Shown here piece by piece: positions 23,821 to 35,381 of a stretch of DNA of 64,000 nt. This stretch comes from Malacoraja senta (lineage: Eukaryota), in the NCBI GenBank assembly GCA_038087875.1, contig CM075977.1, positions 279,000,001-279,064,000 on the forward strand, given 5' to 3'. The notes beneath the pieces were generated by a model. That model was not told where the DNA came from and did not search any database. It was given only the letters and a program-made list of their open reading frames with translations. The position numbers were made by a program, and so were the translations under genes. Within the stretch, counting starts at the first letter, position 1. The number at the start of each line of letters is the position of its first letter.

Positions 23821-25157
23821 CCAAATATTCAGTGCACTTCGACTTAAAAGTGTTTTTCAGCAGAGGTATAATCCTCGGGTGCTTACTTACTATGGAGATT
23901 AAATGATCTGAACTAAAAGCTTTATTCCAGAAAAATATCATTATTTTAAACCCTATAAAAGAAAGGTTACAAGAACAATGGTGTGCAGTGCTGAGGAATA
24001 AATGGTTTCAGAATCACATTTTAAATCAAAGTTATGCTAGTGAGTGTGGATTAGACTCATCGTCTCAAGCGAAGATGAATATTGGCAGCGTCTCAGCTGA
24101 AATCACTTTCCAGGGAAGCAAAAAGGATGTAAATTGGCAGTCGAAAGATTGTTATAAAAATTAAAATATAATGGTGACATTCAATACTAAGGAAACCCCC
24201 AACATGCTGAAATCAGTGGAAAAGACAGATGGTCTTGCTGTAGTTTCCCATATGGTCTGTTCCCTTCTGGGCCAGTTGGAGGAAGTGCGGACTGAATGAG
24301 GGGGGAAATACGTGAAGAAAAAGAGGAATAATGTCTAGAATTGAATTTGTATCCAGTCCAAGGACACTATTTTCCCTCACCTCCATCAACGCGACATGAC
24401 AGTGTAAAAGAATGAAATTACTCCAGATGAAAACAAGTTTCGATATAAGTGCAGAATTTTATATATAATCTATTTTGGCTTTTTACAATTGGCATTTTGT
24501 GTTGCTTTTATAATTATCTGCGTGAAAACGCTGCGCATGTCCGAAAAATGATCAATTTAATTTAAAATGCTTTCTGCCATCGCTGCACCAATTTCACAGC
24601 ACCCTGAAGCAGAACGTTTCTCACAGGAACAGATTGTACTCGAGAGACATTCATTCACCAGAAGCAGGCAGTAGGTCACGGGTCCCAGCTGGTGATGGGG
24701 CCGTCGCTGGTGCAAGGCCCCCACTGTCGGGGTGGGTGAGGATTTCAGAGCGCTACTGGTCCTGTCAATTCAGTGTTAGCAATCCCTGGCTCAGCAACTC
24801 ATCAAACCCCCCCCCCCCCCCCCCACACACAACTTTATATGACCATCTGTTTCAGCTGCACAAATGTCAGTGAAATAGTCATTGGATACAGAAAGCGACG
24901 TTGCATCTGTTCTTTTAAATGTACTTTCATACTGTCATTACTAATAATATAAGAGAGAGTTAATAGATAGAGCTCTTGGGGCTAACGGAATCAAGGGATA
25001 TGGGGAGAAAGCAAGAACGGGGGACTGATTCCGGATGATCAGCTGACTCGAAGGGCCGAATGGCCTACTCCTGCACCTATTTTTTCGATGTTTCAAAGAG
25101 AAAGAGTAACTAACTGAAAGCAGTGCTATAAAGCAGATGGAATTCAAAGTTAACAAT

Positions 25158-25484
25158 GGGTGGCACGGTGGCGCAGCGGTAGAGTTGCTGCCTTACAGCG
25201 CTTGTAGCGCCGGAGACACGGGTTCGATCCCGACTACGGGTGCTGTCTGTATGGAGTTCTCCCCGTGACCTGCGTGGGTTTTCTCTGAGATCTTCGGTTT
25301 CCTCCCACAACCCAAAGACATACAGGTTTGTCTTTTTGCCTTGTAGGTTAATTGCCTTGGTATAAGTGTAAATTGTCCCTGGGGTGTGTAGGATAGTGTT
25401 AATGTGCGGGGATCGCTGTTCGGTGCGGACTCGGTGGGCGGAAGGGCCTGTTTCCGCGCTGTATCTCTAAACTAAACTAAACTA
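25158..25484 (+). mobile_element. HE1-like V-SINE
   Basis: A box tggcgcagcgg, B box gggttcgatcc, (taaac)n tail. Confidence 0.9.
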
Positions 25485-25629
25485 AGCTCCCCCCATCTCC
25501 TCTTTCCCATTCCATACCAAACTTCCTGTCCTTGGAAAACTGGAAGAACAACACCTCATATTCCGCTTGGGTAGTTTACAACCTAACAGTATAGACACTG
25601 AATTCTCAATTTCAATTAAGACCACGTTT

Positions 25630-26358
25630 ATTTGAGTGTTTGTCGGCACTGGGCCTGTACTCGCTGGAGTTTAGAAGAATGAGGGGGGACCTCATTGAAA
25701 TATACGGGATAGTGAAAGGCTTGGATAGAGTGGATGTGGAGAGGATGTTTCCACTAGTGGGAGAGTTTAGAACTAGAGGTCATAGCCTCAGAATTAAAGG
25801 ACGTTCCTTTAAGAAGATGAGGAGGGTGACGTCTGAACAAGGGTCCTATTCCTTCTCCTTTATAAAAGAGTATTGCCCTGATTTGCATGGATTACTTACT
25901 TTCTTATCTATTTAATGTTCATTTCTTTCAATAATGCAATGAAGGAAAATAATACAAAAATCATCTGCCACGTGATGCATGTTGAGGTTAAAATCACTTT
26001 TGCCCAGAGGGGCTGGCAAAGAGAAGAATGTCTTGAATAATCCTGGAAATGTACTCTTTGAAGGACATAATCAGAATTAAAAGACGTTCTTTTAGGAAGG
26101 AGATGAGGAGAAATGTCTTATTCAGAGGGTGGTGAATCTGTGGAATTCTTTGTCACAGAAGGCTGTAGAGGCCAAGTCAGTGGATATTTTTAAGCCAGAG
26201 ATAGATAGATTCTTGATTAGTACCTGTGTCATGGTTTATGGGGAGAAGGCAGGAGAATGAGGTTCAGAGGGAGAGATAGATCAGCCATGTTTGAATGGCG
26301 GAGTAGACCTGATGGGCCGAATGGCCTAATTCTACAATTCCTTATGACCTTATGACCA
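25630..26358 (+). mobile_element. CR1 3' fragment interrupted at ~25824-26067 by a duplicated block
   Basis: LGLYSLEFRRMRGDLIE..RTRGHSLRIKG; the ~40-bp CR1 segment tcagaattaaa...agatgaggag occurs on both sides of the insert. Confidence 0.8.
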
Positions 26359-27221
26359 CAGCTTTCCTCACCCTCTCTTTCTACTGCTGGCCCCACCATC
26401 CCCCCCAGCCCAGGTCACACATCTTTCCCCAGAATCCCAGCCACCCAGTTCCTTTTCCTTCCTCTGTACCCCCATCTCCCAGTCCCACATTTCCTTTTTA
26501 ACCCCTCTTTCCCCTCCCCATGTCCTTTTCTTTTACATTTACATGTCACTGCTTTTCTTTCTTAATCCAATGCCCCTTTGTCTCCTTTTCACATCAAGCC
26601 TCTGTCACTTACTCCACCCATCTGCAAACCACCCACCCACCCCACACCTGTCTCCACTTAGACACAAAATGTTGGGGTAACTCAGCGGGACAGGCAGCAT
26701 CTCTGGGGAGAAGGAAAGGGTGATGTTTCGGGTCAAGACCCTTCTTCAGACTGAGAGTCAGGGGAGAGGGAGACACAGAGATATGAAGAAGGGTCTCGAC
26801 CCCGAAACGACACCCCTTCCTTCTCTCCAGAGATGCTGCCTGTCCCGCTGAGTATCTCCAACATCTTATGTCTATCTTCAGTTTAATCCAGCATCTGCAG
26901 TTCCTTCCCACACATTGCGTCTACTTATCACATGCTGGGTTTTGCCTCATCCCCACCTCTCATATCCAGCTTCCTCTCCCCTATTCCAGTCATGCTGAAG
27001 AGGTGCTGAGTGATGCTCTACCTGGAGCTTTTCAGCGTACTACATCCAGACCCAGATCCAGGGTCCCCAATGTGAAACGCTGTCTGGCCATTCTCCCCGC
27101 CCCCTGATTTCCTCCAGCACTTGGAGGTTTTTTTTTGCTTTTTAATCCAGTTGCAACATTGATTCAGCAAAATTACTCCAGAAAACATAGAAGTGATTGA
27201 TCAAAACATGTGTCTCTCTTA

Positions 27222-27651
27222 AGCCTCTGTCCCACTTTCACGACCTAATTGGCGACCTCTGCCGAGTTTGCCCTTGACTCATACTCGCAGCATGGTCGTC
27301 ACAAGGTCGGAGGTTGTAGGAGTCTTCGGAACTCTTCCTCATGCTCGTGAGTGGTCGTAAAAATCGATACTTTTTACTCGTAGGTAGGTCGTAGTAGGTC
27401 GTGATGGTAGTCGTAGAGAGTCGTAAGTCGGTAACTGGCCCAAGAAAAAAATGCAAACATGATATCATTTTGTCATGTGATCATTTCCACTCGGAGCTAG
27501 TCGTAGTTGGTCTTAGGTGTGGAAGACTGAGGTCGAGGGGGGTCGTAGGAGGTCTTTTACTTCGGCGAGTCAACACGACCTTGACATTTTTTTCAACTCG
27601 TCTAGTGTCTTCCAAACTCGTGAATTAGGTCGTCCAAGTGGGACAGGCCTA
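27222..27651. mobile_element. Harbinger-like MITE related to 18059-18559, opposite orientation
   Basis: ctgtcccact...cgacctaatt / aattaggtcgtccaagtgggacaggcct; internal gtcgtag array. Confidence 0.8.
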
Positions 27652-27924
27652 TCTCTATCCCATTGTGAGCTACACGGGATGAATGCCTGGCTTGTTTGTT
27701 TATGCAAAACCATTCCAGACACGAACAGACGGGAATTCAATGAAGTCAACAATTCACAGATGTGGTTGGACTTTACCGCACAGTTGTTCCAGCTGTTCCA
27801 GCTTACAAAAAAAGTGACAAAAGCTGGAGGCGGAAAGGAAACAAAAGGGTGTCAGATAAGGAAAGAAGAGGATTGAAATGCAAAGCCTGAAGAGGAGAGC
27901 AAAAGATTGAAAGAACATTGCCAA

Positions 27925-28487
27925 TGGGGTTGCCAACTGTGCCGTATTAGCCGGGACATCCCGTATATTGGGCTCAATTGGTTTGTTCCATACGGGACCG
28001 CCCTTGTCCCGTATTTGACTGCTACTACTCGGGTCGAGGGGACTGTCGGGTCGGAGCGCCGCGTCTGGCCCCCGCCTCACCCGTCCCGACATAGTGCAGC
28101 CCATGGAGTGCAGCAGCAGCGCCTCGCCCGTGACCCCACCGGCAGCTGTCCGACCTTTGGACCTTCGCTTACTGCTGACACCACACCCCTCCTTCTCATG
28201 GCCGATCATCGGTTCATGAGTTGGATGGGGTTCCGGACTTTGCACGCGACATTGCGCGCCTGGGCCAAAACTCCTCAGCTGGCCCGCCAGCTGGGCTTTG
28301 TATGCAGTCCAGCACCCGGGCCAACTCATTATTCACCCAGCCATGCCGAGTCGGCCAAGGGTTGCCAACTTTCTCACTCCCAAATAAGGGACATTAGGCC
28401 AAAATAAGGGACAAATTCCCGACGGCAATTCGTCCCTTATTTTGACCTATTGTCCCTTATTTGGGAGTGAGAAAGTTGGCAACCCTA
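27925..28487. mobile_element. hAT-like non-autonomous element, 8-bp TSD
   Basis: tggggttgccaac...gttggcaacccta; TSD attgccaa (27917-27924) / attgcaaa (28488-28495); gggaca/tgtccc subterminal motifs. Confidence 0.8.
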
Positions 28488-30669
28488 ATTGCAAATACAG
28501 GCTGTCCCTGGTAAACAAACACCCGACTTATGGACACCCGTATACAAGTTCACACAAGTTCATAGGTTATAGGAGTAGAATTAGGCCATTCGGCCCATCG
28601 AGTCTGCTCCGCCATTCAGTCATGGCTGATCTCTGCCTCCTAATCCCATCTTCCTGCCTTCTCCCCGTAAACCACTTGACACCCGTTCTAATCGAGTATT
28701 TGTCCATCTCTGCCTTAAAGATGTCCACTAACTTGGCCTCCACAGCCCTCTGTGGCAATGAGTTCCACAATTTCACCACCCTCTGACTAAAATTATATAA
28801 GCTTCCATAACATTACATAAGTTCATTTCTACAAACAGCAGAACTAGTTTCCTATCTCATTCCACTTTGAATTTTTTTTCTTATTATCCTTGTGTGTCTT
28901 TGTTGCCATTCAATACAATACTGTGGCGGTATGGTTATCCTATCAAGTGATTTTTGTGTATTTTCCAACATCTGTAAGAGTAAAACCCATTTGCACTGGG
29001 GGCAGCCTATAGAAAAGACAGCTGATCCATGACACTTCAATGAATAATGCATTTGCATTCAATAAACTCACGCTTGCATGCTGAGCCGTCAAGACAGTCC
29101 CCAGTTTCTGCCACATTCTCAGCAGAATAGGAGCTGAAGAAAGGTCTCGACGTGAAACATGACCCATTCCTTCTCTCCAGAGATGCTGCCTGTCCCGCTG
29201 AGTTACGCCAGCAGCACTTTGTGTCTATCTTCTACACTCAACACTGAAGCTTTGGCCACATTGGCCTTCATCGGTCAGAGTATTGAGTTAGAGATGTTGG
29301 GAGGTCATGTTACAGTTAAAACTACCATTGTGGTGAAGAATTTACATTCTTTTCAATGCTTCTTAAGACTTTCCAATTTTGTTTCTCTGCTTTTCAAACC
29401 ATCTTGCAGTCTGACTCACATTCAGATTTCCTGTGGACATCAGAACTTTCTGCTTTCCTTCTGCCACTTCTGAAAATCACAAACTCATCCCCATTGTCTG
29501 CCCGTTCTAGGTCATTTCCATGATGTTCAGTTTATGATGTCACAATCCGAATATGAGGTATGGGGCAACCATTAATAAATCCACATTTACCCTGATAGCT
29601 CTCATAGGATCTTTAGATCTTTGGAGTAACTCAGCGGGACAGGCAGCATCTCTGGAGAGAAGAAATGGGCGGCGATTCAGGTCGAGACCCATCTTCAGAC
29701 CGGAAACGGTCTCGGTTTCGGATCTCGACCGGAAACATCACCCTTCATCCACTCCTTTTCTCCAGAGATGCTGTCTGTCTCGCTGAGTTACTCCAGCACG
29801 TTGTGTCTATCTTTAGTGTAAACCAGCATCTGTAGTTTCTCCCTTACACTGGTGTGGAAATGACCAGACTCACACATAGTGATTAGAATCCAGTCTTTTA
29901 TCACTTACCACTCAGGATGTATTCCCAGAATCAATGGTAGAAGGGATCATTGCAGCTTTACATAAAGGGCGTTTAGTTTAATTTAGTTTAGAGATACAGC
30001 ACGGAAGGCCCACCGAGTCCGCACCAACCAGCGATCCCTGCACATTGCACTTTATCTGCACCTATTGCACTTTATCCGCTTATTTATATGTATATTGAAC
30101 TGAACTGTTCTGTATTTTTGCTTACAATACTCTGTTGTGCTGCAGCAAGCAAGAATTTAATTGTCCTATCTGGGACACATGACAATAAAACTCTCTTGAC
30201 TTGACTTGACTCTTGACTTAACACTGTCCTACACACACTGGGGGACAATTTACACTTATACCAAGTCAATTAACCTACAAACCTGTACGTCTTTGGGAGA
30301 GTGGGAGGAAACCGAAGATCTCGGAGAAAACCACGCAGAGAAAACCACGGGGAGAACGTACAAACTCCACACAGGCAAGCACCCGTAGTCAGGATTGAAG
30401 CTAGGTCTCTGGCGCAGTTAAAGCAGTAGCTCTACTGCTACTCCACCATGCCGCCCTTGCCTGTTGCTGAGAGTACTGTCGAGTTGGGACAACGGAAGCC
30501 CACCAGTAAATCACCCTACAGCCCAGCCTGTGGTAGCCAGCATTGGCCATGAAGAGCAAAGAGTGGAACTGCTTGGTGGTGAGATGTGGAGCTCAGGACT
30601 GCATCCTGGACAACTCAAGGTGACGAAGAGATCATAGGTCCCAGGCGTTCTGGCAAAACGTTGAAACTT

Positions 30670-31035
30670 CCAGAATAATGAAAGGCATAGATAGACTGGA
30701 TGTGGAAAGGATGTTTCCACTGGTGGGAGAGTCTGGGACCAGAGCTCATAGCCTCAGAATTAAAGGGTGGTCTATTAGAAAGGAGGTGAGGAGGAACTTC
30801 TTTAGTCAGAGGGTGGTGAATCTGTGGCACTCATTGCCACAGAGGTCTGTGGAGGCCAAGTCACGGGAGATTTTTAAGGCAGAGATAGACAAATTCTTGA
30901 TTAGAACGGGTGTCAAGGGTTATGGGGAGAAGGCAGGAAAATGGGATGAGGAGGCAGAGATCAGCCATGATTGAATGGCGGAGTAGACTCGATGTGGGCC
31001 GAATAGCCTCATTCTACTCCTATAACCTGTGAACA
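30670..31035 (+). mobile_element. CR1 LINE 3' fragment
   Basis: ORF 30678..30974 KGIDRLDVERMFPLVGES..NFFSQRVVNLW. Confidence 0.9.
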
Positions 31036-32047
31036 TGTGGAGCAGGTACTGCCAGTGTCCAGCAATGCCCACATTCATTGTGCCGGCCAGGATGCAGCCC
31101 ACAGCTCCACGTCTCAGCTCTGGCACCCACACAGCTTACACACGACCAAGAACCATGAGCCCTCATGGGCACCAGCATCGCTGAGACACCAAGCCATCAG
31201 ATGGTCATTATTTTGGAAAACTCCAACAGAGGGCAGCGGTTAGTACGAGGAACCCAGCGCCCAAGTTCCTCGCACAACAACAGCGGGAAGAGCCAATTTC
31301 CTGGCACAGCAGTGCGCAGACCTAATGATGCCCCTTTCAAAGTATTGGATTATTATGCTCACCTATACCGAGCTGCCAGGGATAACTTTGTTTTGTTTGC
31401 TATCCAGTCAAATCACACCACATCTGTAGCAAGGAACTGCAGATGCTGGTTTGCACTGTAGACACAAAATGCCGGAGGAACTCAGTGGGACAGGCAGCAT
31501 CTCTGGAGAGAAGGAAGGGCTCTGAAGAAGGGTCTCGACCCAAAATGTCAGCCATTTCTTCTCTCCAGAGATGCTGACAGTCCCGCTGAGTTACTCCAGC
31601 TTTTTGTGTCCGATCATACTACACACGAGTACAATATAGACGCAAAAAGCTGGAATAACTCAGCGGGACAGGCAGCATCTCAGGAGGGAAGGAATGGGTG
31701 ACGTTTTGGGTCGAGACCGTTCTTTAGATCTCGATCTCGACCCGAAACATCCCCCATTTCTGCTCTCCAGAGATGCTGACAGTCCCGCTGAGTTACACCA
31801 GCAATTTGTGTCAAATCATACTGCACACGAATGCAATCAAACCCCACACAAATTGAACAGGTTGTGCGAAGAGAAAAATCAATGCAGAGTGCAGAATATT
31901 ATCTTCCAGCGACAGAGACCATGCAGATTAAAAGAAAAATGCAAAGCCGCAACGTAGATTGGGAGGTCGGGAATAATCCTCCGCTTGTGAGAGTTCCGTT
32001 CAAGAGCATTCTTCTGTATGACAGGATAAGTTAGAAGAGGGAGTGAC

Positions 32048-32289
32048 AGTGGCGTAGGTGGTCCTCCATCATGATGGCGTAGTGATTCACGCGTTGTGAA
32101 TAAAACGATCTTTATTGGCAAAGACAACTGACGCGCATTAAGCGAGAGCTCAAGCAAGGCGGCTGCTGCCAGCTCCTGCCAGCTGCTGCTGCATGTCGAT
32201 CTTCACTCGCAAACTCCCGCCAAACTCGGTCCCAGCTCTACTGACGAGGGTTCGAACTATAAGTGGCTCAACCACCAGATTGCGCCACA
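32048..32289 (-). mobile_element. Possible solo LTR (~240 bp)
   Basis: Minus strand starts tgtggcg and ends cgccact (short terminal IR); AATAAA at 32111-32116 on minus; CpG-rich; no TSD found. Confidence 0.4.
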
Positions 32290-32388
32290 ATGGGTGCTTT
32301 TTCAAGGCAGCGTGAAGTGTAGATGGAATTGAATGGTCGGGGGAGGGACCACTCTTTTGCATAATGGATTGGGCTGCACCCACCAGTC

Positions 32389-32476
32389 TCACAACTTGCT
32401 TTGTCAACTACGCTTTGCAAGACTGCACGATACATCGTGCAGTCTTGCAAAGCGTAGTTGACAAAGCAAGTTGTGA
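32389..32476. repeat. Perfect inverted repeat: 43-bp arms, 2-nt spacer
   Basis: tcacaacttgctttgtcaactacgctttgcaagactgcacgat-ac-atcgtgcagtcttgcaaagcgtagttgacaaagcaagttgtga. Confidence 0.95.
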
Positions 32477-33092
32477 TGGCTTTTTACAGTGCAGGGATTA
32501 TTAAGATAATTGGGAACATGCTGATTATCCTTAGTCCTCTGAGGAAGAGAGTAGGGGGGTACAGACTTTTTAGACTGAAGGACTAAATATGCAGTAAAGG
32601 ATCAGTGCTCTGTCAGGCAGTGATAAGCCGGATAGCAATAAAGTCAGAAATTATCTTCAATGCAAAGTATTTATTAAGCAATTCAATGGACAAAATACTG
32701 AAAGGATATGAAGTTCGCTTACGTGTTTCCCGAATTGGAGATTATAAATTATATGAATTGGAGAGAGGTTGCTCAAACTTGGATAGACACAAAAATGCTG
32801 GAGCAACTCAGCGGGACAGGCAGCATCTCTGGAGAGAAGGAATGGGTGACATTTCGGGTCGAGACCCTTCTTCAGACTAGAAAGGTCACCCATTCCTTCT
32901 CTCCAGAGACGCTGCCTGTCCCGCTGAGTTACTCCAGCATTTTGCGTCTATCTTCGGTGTAAACCAGCATCTGCGGTCCCTTACTATAAATTAAGTTCAA
33001 GTTCAAGTTACATTTATTGTCACATGCACCAATTGGTAGAGTGAGATTTGAGTTACCATACAGCCATAAGAATAGAAAATAGCATAATACAC

Positions 33093-33208
33093 TTCTTCTT
33101 CTTGCGTATGGCGTGCACAGCACTTGCTCTATTTGATCTTATTTGATTGTGCGCGCCAGGTTGTTTGCAACCTTCACCTGTTTCGACGAATGCAATCTTC
33201 CACCCCAA
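33093..33208 (-). mobile_element. 116-bp SINE-like insert with (GAA)n tail and 10-bp TSD
   Basis: TSD cataatacac at 33083-33092 and 33209-33218; minus-strand end gccatacgcaagaagaagaa. Confidence 0.75.
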
Positions 33209-33804
33209 CATAATACACGTTAGAGTTTAACATGAACATCCACCACACCACACATCCATCAACGTTTCCCACTGTGAGGGAAGGCAATAAAGTTCAGTCA
33301 TCTTCCTCTTTGCTCACCCGTGGTCGGGGCCCTTGAGCTCTCCGCAGTCGCTGCTACGGACGGCCCGATGTTCAGGCCCTCTCGCCGGGATTGATCAGGT
33401 AATTGGTTTTCCAGCAATCAATACCACGTGGCTGATGGTTTCTGCAGCAGTGAAGCTCTGTTGATGGGAAGTTGGGAGGAGAATCTCACTGACGTTTTGC
33501 GATACTTATTGACTTAAAACGTGGAGAGCCACAACTATGCCAGAGGAACCAGAATGAGGCAGGTGTGTCAGGAATGGAGAGTAGCAATATTCAGAAACCA
33601 GAGTGACTGTAATCAGTGGGGTGGCTTCAGCAAATGGGAGGTTCCCGACGCAGAGAGAGTCTCCTGTTTCCCCTCTTCCTTACCCGCGCCTCCCCTTCAG
33701 GAGAGTTTTAACTTTTGGAAATGATCTCGCCACGGCTGATGATGCAAGGCAAAGATACTCACAGAAAGATGCTCCAGTGCAGAGGAGTTAATCTTTTTTA
33801 TAGA

Positions 33805-34262
33805 GACAAGAGTGTTTTATTGTCATGTGTCCCAGATAGAACAATGACATTTGTACTTGCAGCAGCACAACAGAATATGTAAACATAGTACACTGTAAAC
33901 AATATGATAAACGAGAGAAAAAAGTTCAGTGTTGTATACATACACATACTCACATTTACACATATATACACACACATACATATATATATATATACACACA
34001 CACAAATATATACATGCACATATATACGCACACTTGAAAAACAATCAAACAATAATAGTGTAATAATAATTAATAATAGTCTACTGTAGTTCAGAGCTTA
34101 TTTGAGGTTTTAGTGTTTAATAGCCTGATGGCTGCAGGGAAGAAGCTGTTCTTGAACCTGGACGTTACAGTTTTCAGGCTCCTGTACCTTCTTCCCGGTG
34201 GCAGGGGTGAAATGAGTGCGTGGCCAGGGTGGTGTGGGTCTCTGGTGATGCTGGCTGCCTTT
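33805..34262 (-). mobile_element. Rex1/Babar LINE 3' fragment with CA/TA-rich UTR
   Basis: ORF 34091..34306 KAASITRDPHHPGHALISPLPPGRRYRSL..RFKNSFFPAAIRLLN. Confidence 0.85.
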
Positions 34263-34599
34263 TGTGAGAGGAGTAACAAACAGCAGGCTGGATCATAACA
34301 TGCCAATCCAAGAAGCAGGTGTTTGGCTCATCCTGGCTCGTGTGTCGGAGGGATCAAAAGTTACACAAGCAGACATTTGGCAGGATGTCGCTTTCTCAAA
34401 CCTCCAGGACTGCCTCCAACCAGAGGTGGAAATCCCGAACAAGGGAAGGGAGCCAAAAAGAAGGGGAGACCCAAATCACTTCCTCATGATGGATACAGAT
34501 TTAAAAATCATCCAATACTATTTCTGGACTGAACCTTATTTTGTCCAGCAGATTTTGTGTGACCATGACCTCATTGCTGTTCTTCCACAGAGGGGCCAG

Positions 34600-34912
34600 G
34601 GCAGCGCGGTGGCGCAGCGGTAAGTTGCTGCTTTACAGCGCTTACTACACCAGAGAACGAGTCGAGCCCGACTAGGGGTGCTGTCTGTGCGGAGTTTGTA
34701 CGTTCTCCCCGTGACCAGCGTGGGTTTTCTCCGAGATCTTCGGTTTCCTCCCACACTCCAAAGACATACAGGCTTGTGGGTTAATTGGGCTTGGTTTAAG
34801 TGTAATTGTCCCTAGTGTGTGTAGGATGGTATTGGTTGCGGAGATCGCTGGACGGTGTGGACTCGATGGGCCGAAGGGCCTGTTTCCGCTCTGTATCTCT
34901 CAACTAAAGTTA
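34600..34912 (+). mobile_element. HE1-like V-SINE
   Basis: tRNA-like head, V-domain, CR1-like tail. Confidence 0.85.
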
Positions 34913-35381
34913 AACCATATCAGGGCCCAGAGAGATCCGTTTATGAACCGGGCCACTCCCGGCAGCAGGCCTGACTCGCACGGCACGCACCGATGACAGA
35001 GGACTCGCCCTCCGTGGACCAACAACGGTAGGCCCGGCTCACCCGCCGCGGACTCCGAATCACCCAGAGTCACCGGCATCGACGGGAAACACGCCACCAA
35101 GAGCAAGTATGGACCAAAGGTGAACCGGCAAGAGCCATGCAGGGACCTGGCAGAGGACAGCCGAGAACATAGGGGGACCCGGAATGGGGGGGGGGGGCGC
35201 TGAGAACAAAGGGGGGATCTGGCGTAGTGAGGGGTGGGGGAAAGGAGGCCTGCTGCCATGTGAGGCGCAAGGCAGACTGTTCGGTACTTTTGTAACTTTG
35301 TCGGCACCAGCACGTGGCGACACTAGGTTGTACGCAAACAAAGCATCTCACTGTACCCTTGGTACATGTGACAATAAAGTA

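Noticed and set aside
27754-28407. 166-191 aa ORFs
   Set aside because: They cross the boundary of a GC-rich non-autonomous hAT-like element; no domain recognisable.
30460-31420. GC-balanced non-repeat stretches flanking a CR1 as a possible gene or LTR-element interior
   Set aside because: No continuous frame or recognisable motif; left unassigned.
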